Below, piece by piece: positions 12,801 to 21,700 of a DNA stretch of 64,000 nucleotides. How positions within the stretch are numbered: the stretch's first letter is position 1; every line of letters starts with the position of its first letter. The stretch lies in the IMG/VR virus record IMGVR_UViG_3300022602_000027. One strand, given 5' to 3'. The stretch comes from a virus. Its lineage: Duplodnaviria; Caudoviricetes. The notes below the pieces were generated by a model. The model was not told the origin of the DNA and ran no database searches. It saw only the letters and a list, made by a program, of their open reading frames with translations. The position numbers were made by a program, and so were the translations under genes.

Positions 12801-15672
12801 TTGTGCCTGAAAGTATTTGAGCAACATAGTATGTTGTACCTGCAACAATATTACCTGAACTTGTTGTGAATACAATTGGCATTCCAACATACATGTTGTT
12901 AGTAGTTGTTTGCGCAACTGTGCTTGTTCCGCCAACTGTAATTACAGTAGTTGCTGTACCAGTTACGTTAAAACTGTATTGGTAATAAATGAAGTTATTT
13001 ACTTCCTTCATCATGAATTGCTTATTAGCAGTCATTAAGAATTTAGTATTAGGATTTAAATAACCGTCTTCAACTTGTTGACAAGCATAACGAATACTTG
13101 CCCATGGTTTATCAACTGTAGTACCTTGACCATTACCTGTTGCGTCTACACCGTTTGTTGCAACAAAAACTAAGTTTTGAATTTGTCCATAATATTGCCA
13201 TGAAGGGCTAGTTCCGTTTACACGTAAAACTTGTCCGTCTGTACCGATTGGTAAACGGGTTGGGCCATTGGCTCCGTAATAGAACATGTCACCTTGTGTA
13301 GTAAGAACAGCTTGTTCTGTACCAGATGCCATTAAGTTCCAATATGTACCAGTTGTGTCGTTATCTGGGCGATTACCTGTGGCACCAACGTGTGCTAATG
13401 TACAAATATAAGTACTTACACCCCATAACACAGTATCACCAAGTACATAAGATGTGCCTGATGCCCATGTTACTGAGATACCAGTCCAACTAACACCACC
13501 TGCTTGGATAACACCGCCTGTTACAGTATTAACTGTAATAATTAAATCGTTAGCTGGGCTAACACCACCTAATGCTGTGCCAAGAACTTTAATAGTATTT
13601 GATGCGGCATAACCAGTACCGCCACCTGTTACGGTAACAGTATATGTTGTATTTTTTGCTAAAACAGTAAAGGTTGCACCTGTACCTGTACCAATAATAT
13701 TAGTTGTTGCAGGACTTGTGTATGTATTATAACTAGGATTCCATTTAACACCAGAATTTAACTGTGCCCAATATGTTGAGAATGGAGGTTTAGGATTAGT
13801 TGTACCAACTGAAGATCCGCTAGCTGTTGTTAATGTAACAGGAGCTCCGCCAACTGTTGTACTTACAGTAAATGTTAATCCGCCTGTTGGGATAGTTAAC
13901 ACATAGTACTGTTGTGTTGTTGATAGTCCACCTAGTGCTGTTCCAAACGTAATTGGTAATCCAGTCACTAAGTTTAGTGTTGATGAAACAGTAATTAAAT
14001 TGTTTACACCAGTAATTGTTTGATTAACAATAGCTGTTCCGCTATAATTTGTTTGCCATGTTGTACCGCTACCACCAGTAATCCAATATGTATTAGCTGT
14101 TAAACCGCCGCCGCTTAAGAACATACCGATAGCTACTGTACCAGTTACTGTTCCGCCAATAGTTAATACACCAATGTTGCTAATAGTTGTATTAGCCATT
14201 GTTGCTGTAGAGTTAGTAGTTGCTGTTGCTGTAACAGTTTGAACAGCATTATCTGCCACTGCTAGATATGTATATCCGTCAACACTAACAACATCACCAA
14301 TTCTATAACCAGTTTGTCCTGATTGTAATCCAGTTGGACTTGCTGACCATGCACCGGCATAAGTTAATCCAGTAGTAAATGGTTGCCAGTAACTTGTTGC
14401 TGTACTAGGATTTTGTCCAGAATTGTTTTGTAGCGCAACGTATGTGTAACCACCGTAGCTTACTACGTCACCTTGTACGTAACTGGTTGCATTTGCCCAT
14501 GAGTTTTGATATTCAAAACCGCCAACAAATAAACTAAAGTTTGCTGAGGCAAATGATGCGCTTGATGTATGAGCAGTTGTACAAATCCAAAGACTTGCAC
14601 CATAAGTTACAATATCATTTACACGATATCGAACACTTGAACCACTCCATGTTCCTTGATAGTATACACCTGCATTAAATGTACTCCATGAGCTTTGATT
14701 AGCTTCTAACCCTAATGTTAGTGTGTTAGCAGATACGTGTGGAGTATTACACACATAAGTATAGCCACCATAACTAACTAAATCATTTAATTTGTAACGA
14801 GTGTTAATAGTCCAAGCGCCAATCCAGTTAATGTTGCTTGAGTATGCTACCCAGTATTCAATAGCAAATGTTAAACCTACAGCAGTACCAGCAGTTGTTG
14901 TGATAGCTGGACCGCCTTGAGTTGCGCTTAAAGTAAATCCTGTGCTTAACCCGTTAGTAGCAATAATATAATATGTACCGTTAGCTACTACTCCAGAACC
15001 TGTGTTTGTACCAGAAATTACAACTGCCATTCCAACGTTTAATGTAGTTGATGAACAGGTAAATGTTCCATTAGCACCAATTGCAGGACTGCTAATTGCA
15101 TTATTCTGACTGTTTTCTAAACCTAACTGGCTTGCACCTGCGACTGTACCGAATACAGTTGCAGTTAATGTTTGAGCTAATGCATAACTTACAGTTGTAG
15201 TTGTACATGCTGTAACTGTGAATGTTCCGTTGAATGCTGTTTGTGCTGAAAATCCAGCAACTGTAATACTTGCACCAACTAGGTAAGGTTGAACAACTTG
15301 TTGAGCAAATGTAATAGTTGCTGTTGAGCCGTTAGCAGTTGCGGCAGATGCAGTTAGAGTAGCTGTGGCGCTAGTACTAGTATGTGCTGTTTCGCACTGA
15401 TAGATAATACCACCATATAAGGCTAAATCGCCAATGTTATATGCTGTAGCATTTAACCATGTACCTCTCCATTGTGATCCGTCTGCAATTAAATTCCATA
15501 AAGTTGGATTAGCAGTTAAATCAGTTGAAAAAGAAGAAGATGCTGAATTAGAAATTACGCAAATATATGTTTTTCCGCCAACTGTTACTATATCGTCGAC
15601 TACATATGATCCGCCTGCTGTCCAAACACCTTGGTATACGGGTTTAATTCTACCTAATTTATATTGCGCCAT
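3874..15672 (-). CDS. Giant modular virion fibre protein (3932 aa)
   Basis: Single ORF with GAGG RBS. N-terminal W...T.Y..GD.V.YGG..Y.C repeats, six helical ..RD..YI.DA..YD...G.N repeats, a beta-helix-like block, W..(I/V)AYG.G.FVA propeller repeats, and a C-terminus shared with 15723..24404. Confidence 0.9.
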   Translation of the reverse strand: MAQYKLGRIKPVYQGVWTAGGSYVVDDIVTVGGKTYICVISNSASSSFSTDLTANPTLWNLIADGSQWRGTWLNATAYNIGDLALYGGIIYQCETAHTSTSATATLTASAATANGSTATITFAQQVVQPYLVGASITVAGFSAQTAFNGTFTVTACTTTTVSYALAQTLTATVFGTVAGASQLGLENSQNNAISSPAIGANGTFTCSSTTLNVGMAVVISGTNTGSGVVANGTYYIIATNGLSTGFTLSATQGGPAITTTAGTAVGLTFAIEYWVAYSSNINWIGAWTINTRYKLNDLVSYGGYTYVCNTPHVSANTLTLGLEANQSSWSTFNAGVYYQGTWSGSSVRYRVNDIVTYGASLWICTTAHTSSASFASANFSLFVGGFEYQNSWANATSYVQGDVVSYGGYTYVALQNNSGQNPSTATSYWQPFTTGLTYAGAWSASPTGLQSGQTGYRIGDVVSVDGYTYLAVADNAVQTVTATATTNSTATMANTTISNIGVLTIGGTVTGTVAIGMFLSGGGLTANTYWITGGSGTTWQTNYSGTAIVNQTITGVNNLITVSSTLNLVTGLPITFGTALGGLSTTQQYYVLTIPTGGLTFTVSTTVGGAPVTLTTASGSSVGTTNPKPPFSTYWAQLNSGVKWNPSYNTYTSPATTNIIGTGTGATFTVLAKNTTYTVTVTGGGTGYAASNTIKVLGTALGGVSPANDLIITVNTVTGGVIQAGGVSWTGISVTWASGTSYVLGDTVLWGVSTYICTLAHVGATGNRPDNDTTGTYWNLMASGTEQAVLTTQGDMFYYGANGPTRLPIGTDGQVLRVNGTSPSWQYYGQIQNLVFVATNGVDATGNGQGTTVDKPWASIRYACQQVEDGYLNPNTKFLMTANKQFMMKEVNNFIYYQYSFNVTGTATTVITVGGTSTVAQTTTNNMYVGMPIVFTTSSGNIVAGTTYYVAQILSGTTFSIATSYALALVPTLFTVGTGTANVGTYSYVQSKAERDSGLVIQGLIYDITHNGTYQTTTNIQSFFTSNGSTYISGVNAYDITPFVSSLNYLSGTLIPAILGNTAPSTNYQLTLNPAIATTGASGTGTVATVTYTGAAFTVGSYITIAGMTPTGYNGTWQVTASSSGSVSFASSTSGGQTIAGTVQTTKAIQQINTNYTVESGAQSKAQTLVGYLTACLNAGTTNNILPAVVTPATTISIKTGTYNEILPINVPAYTALLGDELRSTVVQPYPADVTLATVVPKAVVALNRIKTLVPQLMSNTSITPTTGNTTPQVTSLPAATTGSSTAITNLQSSFNILYELVATGLSSTPVIQLPQPTGYSAGSITNTAYATTSGSNPTGTTTGYATAFTQIQQNYNFLITETLQYLANNPGTSGFTTSNATQYGLGVRDITYILDSVLYDLTYGGNTQSLIAGAAYYSLNILQITAAQTAAYTAALTRLRAAIITVARGTGFSATSGNNVVQVTVGGDGGVAASNFAGDRIQNVINYINNPTSPDTQVLPYIGAQSVSLQTAFNTVTPLISNIASDAQGWVYKYYQAVTYANPSLINRDATLIATYMAYDMVYGSNFNAIQIARAFNRANTSATNLRSTSSGELPPTLSAINFMYYKMKQIAASGAVAQIQTTIDDLTSYLQGGPAAPAQITWPQLALPQATYTNVTALSVTGGGDGTAAFTITRLSNGNGYYAYTVVPTTAGTGYTTSSRLRISGASIGGVSSTNDIVLNVTQVSAGGVQYVTVSDPGTAIGMLEANRAYLIAESVAYFNTNYSSLLTNPNYSLAKAQRDMGYILDAIHYDMAYGGSWASANAGMSYYSALYGTEISSGFGAAFAATVGYVGTLLGSYVITGTSYGSSLQSTVTQVLPTSSTVAGSSRDAGRMNTLIGYVTNFITNGLTNGAQTVTITTIASGTTFTTSAAHGLSVGDIIIPQTTTNGLVSTIIGSGTPYFVQSVGSTTTFTLSASYNGSALTSFTNGTSLSIVVQTIGMPQLTNASSTALAAWSSVSSSVSTYQTSVVNYINTNYTAFTYLQSYTQRDVFNVTLAMFLDTLLGSNYATVQAGRAYNRVQDYKVQGYELTVTVAALNYLQTLVANTLSSSTYLTQLTTATNNINTIISYVGTSQYIQPQMNGTITYNNNLGIIAGAEILRANIPFLQSEVTAYYASQYTYNVSSTTTSTNIITTGTAHGFVVNDPVQFVATTASTTATASTSTGNTITVNSITGIVPNGSVIFGTSFGNIVAGTVYYVLTASAGAITVSATSVGGAVFNPGTVASTSSSVSYTGFVSGGLTAGTTYYVASVPSTTTFTVTTSEGFTNINTGATGATVALTTVSTPAMNAVYYYPVAATQQDIGYYLNAIVYDLQYTGNYRSLRYAQVLLNSVNGSAQSNMWLVRNACGVRNMTMNGLTGYLGTASTTFGTKRPTGGAYTSLDPGFGPNDSNAWIYSRSCYVQNCTMFGYACYGAKVDGALHAGGYHSMVSNDYTCIIGDGIGWQTTGAGSLSELVSVFNYYSYAGYLADLGGRIRATNGNSSYGTYGVVAEGVDTTEVPLYGTLNNRANPAQITNVVTDATNQVLRFEYQNAGTNYTSSVPSISGSGYNAAAFQDEFRDAALFETRLIDLNNGNGTGGSNYVTATNVGQSTSNNYSITIAATDTALTNAYNGDRVQIVAGTGVGQYANILSYSNPTKVALVIRDSIAPFAVTATTNATATMSTSSINSSGVLTVGTVTGTIAVGMFLTGGTIAAGVYITANISGSGAGSTWQTNTTVVQSSTTITGTQNTLTVSSTANMYNGMPIFLGTAVGGLSALTAYYVQGVTASAFTLATGATITASNANIAAVTTTTVTTVTVTASSTVNNLITATNTLTAGQTISFGTAFNGVDTSTTYFVNATNLTTSSFAVSTTPFAGTTVTITATGSASSTGTIGTAVYVGGWDHVVPGTAIASSLDLTSAYIIEPRISYSAPGYTATSRTITSGTYGSLAYGAGRFVAVANTGTATSYSTNGTSWSSGGALPSSQSWSNVVYGGGQGATATAVIGGFGGAGAVLTAVVGTGTSATQIVSVTVVNGGYNYTTPPTIVFVGGGGSGATATCTVLNGAIQTVTMTINGSGYTSAPTVTAVTSILSSATMNAWGKNYFSAPTVTFSQPQSLTPTAYPVSGAVTNGTYYQVAASGRIYLCTASGTTSSTTPTFDYTTSTGYTNVTNGTATFTYVATQASATPNYSNGAVTSLNVTNYGYGYTSVPSITILDTSALFLAMSTTASTGTYFAYNIVSTLGSSWTALGGTAYISVLNLYGLAYGNGVYVAVGGASGTATAASSSNPIAASNWISRTLTSLSAGYYSAVAYGAGGNSSGTFIAINNGGNVTSISNNGQSWSAGGTLPSSTTWTSIAYGNNKFVALATTGAVAYTVNYGTTWTANPACAGTNVSVLSSAYTWTKVYYSQGLFFAIAQGNVAATSPDGIVWTLRTMPSSTNWSAIAFGNPSNLSSTVIGVQPIWVAVSSTSGTAAASIRTGATPLGRMKVLSNAITEIRFVEPGSGFAKGNVTATTTSTNLITTDDTTNLSTSLANNQPIEFSIASGSLTTNTTYYVIGSSVTSTQFQVTATAGSTTPVTLTTTSPTGMIYTAGAIVTQFDPNKVITAPTRVRMSDGVLANPSFTNRGLNNATATANTAGDGYGDIYQNSSFINVSNLYALPTAGANVQFASITGSAQWYKLVQVTNILGVAGAYTATFQINPALSTLLAPAHGNLITTRLKYSQVRLTGHDFLYIGTGNQTQTNYPNVVPGNAIQANQSYATGGGRVFFTSTDQDGNFNVGNLFGVQQSTGTATLNASAFALSGLQSLTLGNLSVGTGSATITQFSTDPYFTANSDNIVPTQKAIKSYITAQIGGGSSSLNVNTLTSGQIYIANNTISNTTGNQIYVTSKMTFTGGIDGAPVALMFFGQR

Positions 15673-15694
15673 GTTATTTTATTCCTCTTGATAA

Positions 15695-15700
15695 TATTTA
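15695..15700 (-). promoter_or_regulatory. Late promoter motif TAAATA inside a TTGATA/TATCAA inverted repeat
   Basis: Intergenic, about 22 nt upstream of the ATG at 15672. Confidence 0.65.
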
Positions 15701-15722
15701 TCAATTTCAGTTTTTACAATTT

Positions 15723-18700
15723 TTAGTTTGCATTATTTCTATGGAAACCGCCTCTTGCGAAGAAACTCATCGCTGCCATGTTTCCATCTACCCCAATATT
15801 AACAAATCCTGCGTTTAATACTTGTCCAAAGTAAATCTTTGATGTCATTTTTACGTTAGATCCTGTAGTTCCATTTGGAATTGTTGATTTAATAAAGTTA
15901 GGAGCACCTACTACCACTGTACCAGCTGTTAATTGTCCGGTAAATGTATTAGCACCACCTTGACTTAAACGACTAGTTAGATAAGTTTTGATTGATTTTT
16001 GTGTAGGAATTACAGTATCACTATTAGCACTAAATGTACTATCTGTACTAAACTGTGTAATTACAACACTTGATCCACCAACTGAAATACCACCTAAACT
16101 CAAGCTGTTTAATCCAGTTAATCCAAATTGTGATGCACTTAAAGTAACAATACCAGTTGCTTGTTGAACACCAAATAAGTTACCAACTTTAAAGTTACCA
16201 TCTTGGTCAGTACTTGTGTAGAATACACGACCATAGTTAGCTTCAACTGTTTGATTATTAGGATATGCTAATGCATCACTGGTATATGGATATTGTGAAT
16301 TTACAAAATCTCCCGATCCAATGTACAAGAAATCATGGTTAGTTAAACGTGCTTGACTGTATTTTGTACGAATACTAATTAATGTACCATTAGCTGTTGC
16401 ATTAGCAGTTGTAATTGCAGGGCTTACTGATACGTTAGCTTCTAAATTAGGAACAGATGTTCCGTATACTGCGTATGCACTTGTAACTTTATAAATTTGA
16501 CTTACGCCAGTAATAGTCAAGTTATCACCCGGGCTTGGTAAACGTGTTAAATTATTTAAAATAACTTGCAAGCCTGTTTGATATTGATCAGCAAATCCAG
16601 CTCCAGTTACAAGAACTACAGTTGAATTGCTGTTATAACCAGAACCCTTATTATAGAATGATGGGCTACTTAATACTCCGTTTGCTAATCGAATAAGAAC
16701 TTGTACGTTAGTAGTAACGTTTGGATCAGTTACAGTAAGTTGAGGAGCAGAATTAACATAAGTTGCCGCACCTGTTACATAACCAGATCCTGGTTCCCAT
16801 TCATTAATACCGCTAATAATACCAGATGCTACACTAGCACGACCTTTAGTCTTAGTTCCTGAGCTAATTACACTTCCAGCATTTTGTCCGTTTAATGTAG
16901 AAATTACACCGTAGTAGTTTGTTGAGTTAAACCCAAATGCAGTGGCATTGCTGTAAGGCTGACTTGCAACTGTTTGATAATTCCATTGTAAACAATCTTC
17001 ACTGGTATATGCTGTAGACGATCCTGAAGCTAATGCAGTCCATACACCTTGACCATAAACAACTACGTTTGCTGGTATAGAAATATTACTACTATACCAA
17101 GTTGAACCATTTTGAGTATATGCTGGAGTATTATTTGTACTAGATACAGCAACAAAAGTACCGTTACCGTATGCAACACTCGACCAAGTAGTGCTTGCTG
17201 GTAGCGTACTTGCATACCATGTAATGCCATCCATACTATAAGCGGCCGCTGTTGATGCAGAAGTTCCTGCGATTGCAACAAACATATTATTTCCGTAAGC
17301 AATACTTGACCATGTACTAGATGTTGGTAATCCAGGACGTAAACCTGTAACAGTTCCTAGCACATTAACTGTGTATGTTCCTGTTAATGCAAATGTTACT
17401 TGTGTTGTTGAGCAACTTGCAACTGTAAATGTTCCGTTTACATTGTTTGTTGGGCTAGTAGTTTGTAGTGGACTAAATCCTGTTAAGGTAATTGTTGATC
17501 CAACTTGATAAGGAGCAATTGATTGACTAGCAAATGTTAAAGTTGCTGTTCCTGCGCTAACTGTAAAAGCTGTAGCAGTTAATGTTGAACTTGTTTGCGG
17601 AGTTGACCATGTAACTCCGTAGTTTGTACTATATGCGCCTGTACTAGTTCCTGTTGCAAACGCCACAAATGTTCCGTTACCATAAGCAATGTTTGTCCAG
17701 TTTGCAGTAGATGGTAGTGTATAACTTCTCCATCCTAATCCGTTTGCTTTACTAACTGCAACTACGTTACTTCCGCTAACTGCACCGCCGGCAATTGCAA
17801 CCCAATAATTATTACCATAAGCAATGCTTGTCCATTGTTGTGACGAAGGTAGTGTTATACTAGACCATGTTTGTCCATCATTAGATACAGCGGCAGTTTG
17901 TCCACTACTTGGTAATGCCATCCATGTGTTATTACCGTATGCCATCGAATTCCAATTAATTCCGCTGGTTAAAGTTACTGCACTTGTGTATGTAGCTTGT
18001 GCAAATACAGGAGAACTCCAAGATAATCTTGGTTCAATAAAATACAAACTAGAATTATCTAGTACTGATTGAATTGGTGTCCCTGGATTGATATGATCCC
18101 ACCCAACTGCGGCAACGTTCATAGATCCAGTTTTAGTTATTAGTGCAAAAGGCGATGCACTAGTTGAAGTTCCAGATACTGTACCAGTTGCAGTTGATAC
18201 TGCAAATGTACTTCCTGTTGGAGACGGTATTGATTGAACATAATATGTTGTACCAATAGTTACATTACCAAACAAACTAGTTGAGAATGTAGCAGTCATA
18301 CTACCTGACGCACTTAAGGTTAAAGTTTTAACAGCGTTAGTACTTGTTCCTACCATAGAACCAGTTGTACCCGATAGGGCAAATGATGTTGGGCAAGTTC
18401 TAGCAGTCATTGTTCCAGCTCCGCCAGCCATTGTTACTGCACCGCCGCCTGGAGTTTGACTAATTGTAAATGTTGTACTGTTGTTAATCGCAAGAATGTA
18501 GTAAACAGTTCCTGAAATAATGTTAGTTTCCCAACTTGTTCCAACAAAGTTAATTGGTTGATTAGCAACAAATCCTGTTGTTGAAGATACTGTTAACAAG
18601 TTAGTACCGTTGGCAGTAGCTGTCATTGGCACTGTAATTAAAGAACTTGCAATAGTAAATTGTGTACTATTAACAATACTGCTAATATAGTATTTTGTAC

Positions 18701-21700
18701 TGTCAGTAACATTATCATAAACTGTGTTAGTAAACACAATTGGATTTAATGGAACCAATGAGCCAGTTGAGCTACATGTTAAAGTATTTGTACCAGCGGT
18801 AGTTGCGGTTACGGTTACAGTTACTAGTGTTGTTGAAATAGTAAAATCGCCAGCATCAATAATATCATTAATGTAATATACTGTACTATCAGTAACACCA
18901 CCTAAAGCAGTTCCTGTAAACTGTATTGGATAATTAACAACCATATTAGTCGTTGTAGCTTGCAAATAATTGTTGTTTGCAATATAATTTAATACCATAG
19001 TTCCAGATGCTGTATTCAACGCATAAGTTGTTCCAGCATAGTTAGCACTAATCTGGAATGTTGTCGAACTTAAAATTGCACTAACATAATATACATATCC
19101 AGTAACTACATCACTAAACAATGAGCCTGCACCTGCAGAGAATGTAACACCCATATTAAGAGTTAATCCTGCTGTACTTGAGCATACAAAATAGTTGCTA
19201 GTCCCACCAACTGCTGAAGTTACAGTAGTTTGTGCAAGGTTAGTAGACGTTACAGAAGTAGTAAAATAAGTTGGAATAAATTGTACTGGTTGATTTAAGT
19301 ATAGGGTACTTGTATTTGCAGTGTTTAAAGTAAACAATCCACTACCACTATTAGTGCTAGTAATTTGTAAACTAGTAAATGATTCTTTTAGTACCCAAGC
19401 AAATTTTGGAGTAGCACCAGTAGTACGACTATCAAAATAGCTGATGTATCCGTATTGACCTGCACCTGTTCCGCTATTAATAAACACACGCAATCCTGTA
19501 TAGTTAGCGTTAGTATTTGTATCTGAGGTTGATAATTGTATATATTGATTGGTTCCGCCCTGAGCACTATTACTTGCTGTCAAGTATCCGGCGCCACCAG
19601 TTATACCATTACCGTCAGTAACAACATAAGTTTGGAATGTACTTGCACTTCTAAGTTCATCACCAATTGTAACTACGCCGGTACCTGAACCAGTAATGTT
19701 ATAATTTGCATAAGCTGTATACTTAGATGTTGAAGCAACTTCTAAATAAAAGTTTGGTTTGTAAGTACTTCTAGATAATTCAAGTTGGCTACCGTAGAAA
19801 TATGTGTACTGTCCAGCAGTGCCACTATATCCACGTGGATACAATCTAAATTGTAATTGAGTGTTTAATCCAGTTGTGTCATTAATAGTCATCCACAATC
19901 TATACCAACCAACAGTACTACCTGTAGTAGAAATTGCTTGATTAATTGCACCATATTGTGTTGGTAATAGTCCTCCGTTAGCATTGCTTGGAGTTACTGT
20001 TCCTGTAATAAAGTTATAATTAATACTGCTAGTTGCTGTACTAGATCCAGAAAATATACCGTATAAATCTATACTAGTTGCTGTACCTTGTTTTACATAA
20101 ACGCTTACTGTATAGTTTAATGCACTATTAACTGGAACAGTTCCTGTTGCTGTTACGTTTAAAATAGCACTACCTGTCAATCCAGTTACGGTAATGATAC
20201 AATCATTAACGCTGTTAACACCACCTAAACTTCCACCAGCAATAAACAACTGGTTACCAGTAACATATCCGCTTCCGCCAGCATACACAGTAACTAGATA
20301 AGCTGTACTAGTTACAGTAATGTTAAATGCCGCACCTGTTCCAGAACCACTAACGTTAACTGCACTCACGTTTGTATAAGTTGTTCCGGCTGCTGGAACT
20401 GCTACGTTTTGATAAACATAACTTCCGTCAGGACCAGAAGTTAAACCTTGTAAAGTCCATGCTTCTACGTTACCGGTTAGTGCTGTTGTATTTTTAGCAA
20501 AAGTTACGTTACCGTCAGACACCCAACTTGCACCTAAGAAGTTGTTGCTGTAATTTAACATGTTAGTTGTTGGTAAATTATATGACGAACCGCCATTTGA
20601 ATAACTTAGTCTTAGTAACTGTGCCGCACTACCGTAAGAGCTTTGCACAGTTGCTTGAACTTGTGAGCTTTGATTAAAAATATTTCCAGTAGCAGGAGTT
20701 TCCGTTACATCATAACCTTCTGCAATAACACCGTATACACCATAAGATGAATTACCATTTGTTGCTCGAATGCGTCCACCACCTTCTGCAAAATATCCAG
20801 CATAACCATAATATGAGAATACTGATACGGCTTCAGTTAAAGATCCAGGACCTGTACACCAAATACCAATACCATCATTAACAATGTGAGTAAAATCGTT
20901 ACAAACAATAGATTTATTTCCACCATTGTGTAAATTTCCATCAATTTTAAGAGCAGTACATCCGTTACCAAAAGCAGTAACGTTTTGTACATAAGGACTG
21001 CGACGGAAAATCCAAGCAGTAGTATCGTTTGGTCCTGTACCAGGATCTAAACAAGCATAGCTTCCACCTGTTGGACGTTGAATTAAGTAAGTATCAATAC
21101 CGCCTAATGTTCCTAATAACCCAACAAGCGTCATGTTACGTAAACCTGTTCCATTACGTAAACGGAACATATCTTTTAGACAATCTCCAGCATATACAGT
21201 CATACTGCCGTTTGTATAAGTGCTTAGTTGAACTAATGTTGAACCAGTATTGCCAACTGCTGTTATTGGACCTGTTGCACCACCGCCTGATATTGTTGTA
21301 ACTGTAATATTAACATCATTAACTGATAAATTAACAGTTCCTGTGCCAGTTGCGGCTACAGCTGACGCTGTAAATGATGTTCCAACAAGATTAGATGCCG
21401 CTCCACATAATGTAAAGTTAGTTGTTCCCACACTGGCAATAGTATAAACAGTTCCTTGCACCATTGCTGTTGCGGCAATTGTTGGTGCGCCAACGGCAGC
21501 ACCAGTAATTCTTAATCTGTCTCCAATAGCATATCCGGTTCCAGCATAACTAACCACTACAGAATATCCGCCTGCACTTGTAGGACTAATATTAAATGTT
21601 GCTGTTGATCCAGAACTTGCAATATTAACTGCTGATAGGTAAGTGTAAGTACCTGTAGTGCTAGTAATACCAAATTGATTTGTTGTAGTATTAATTGTTG

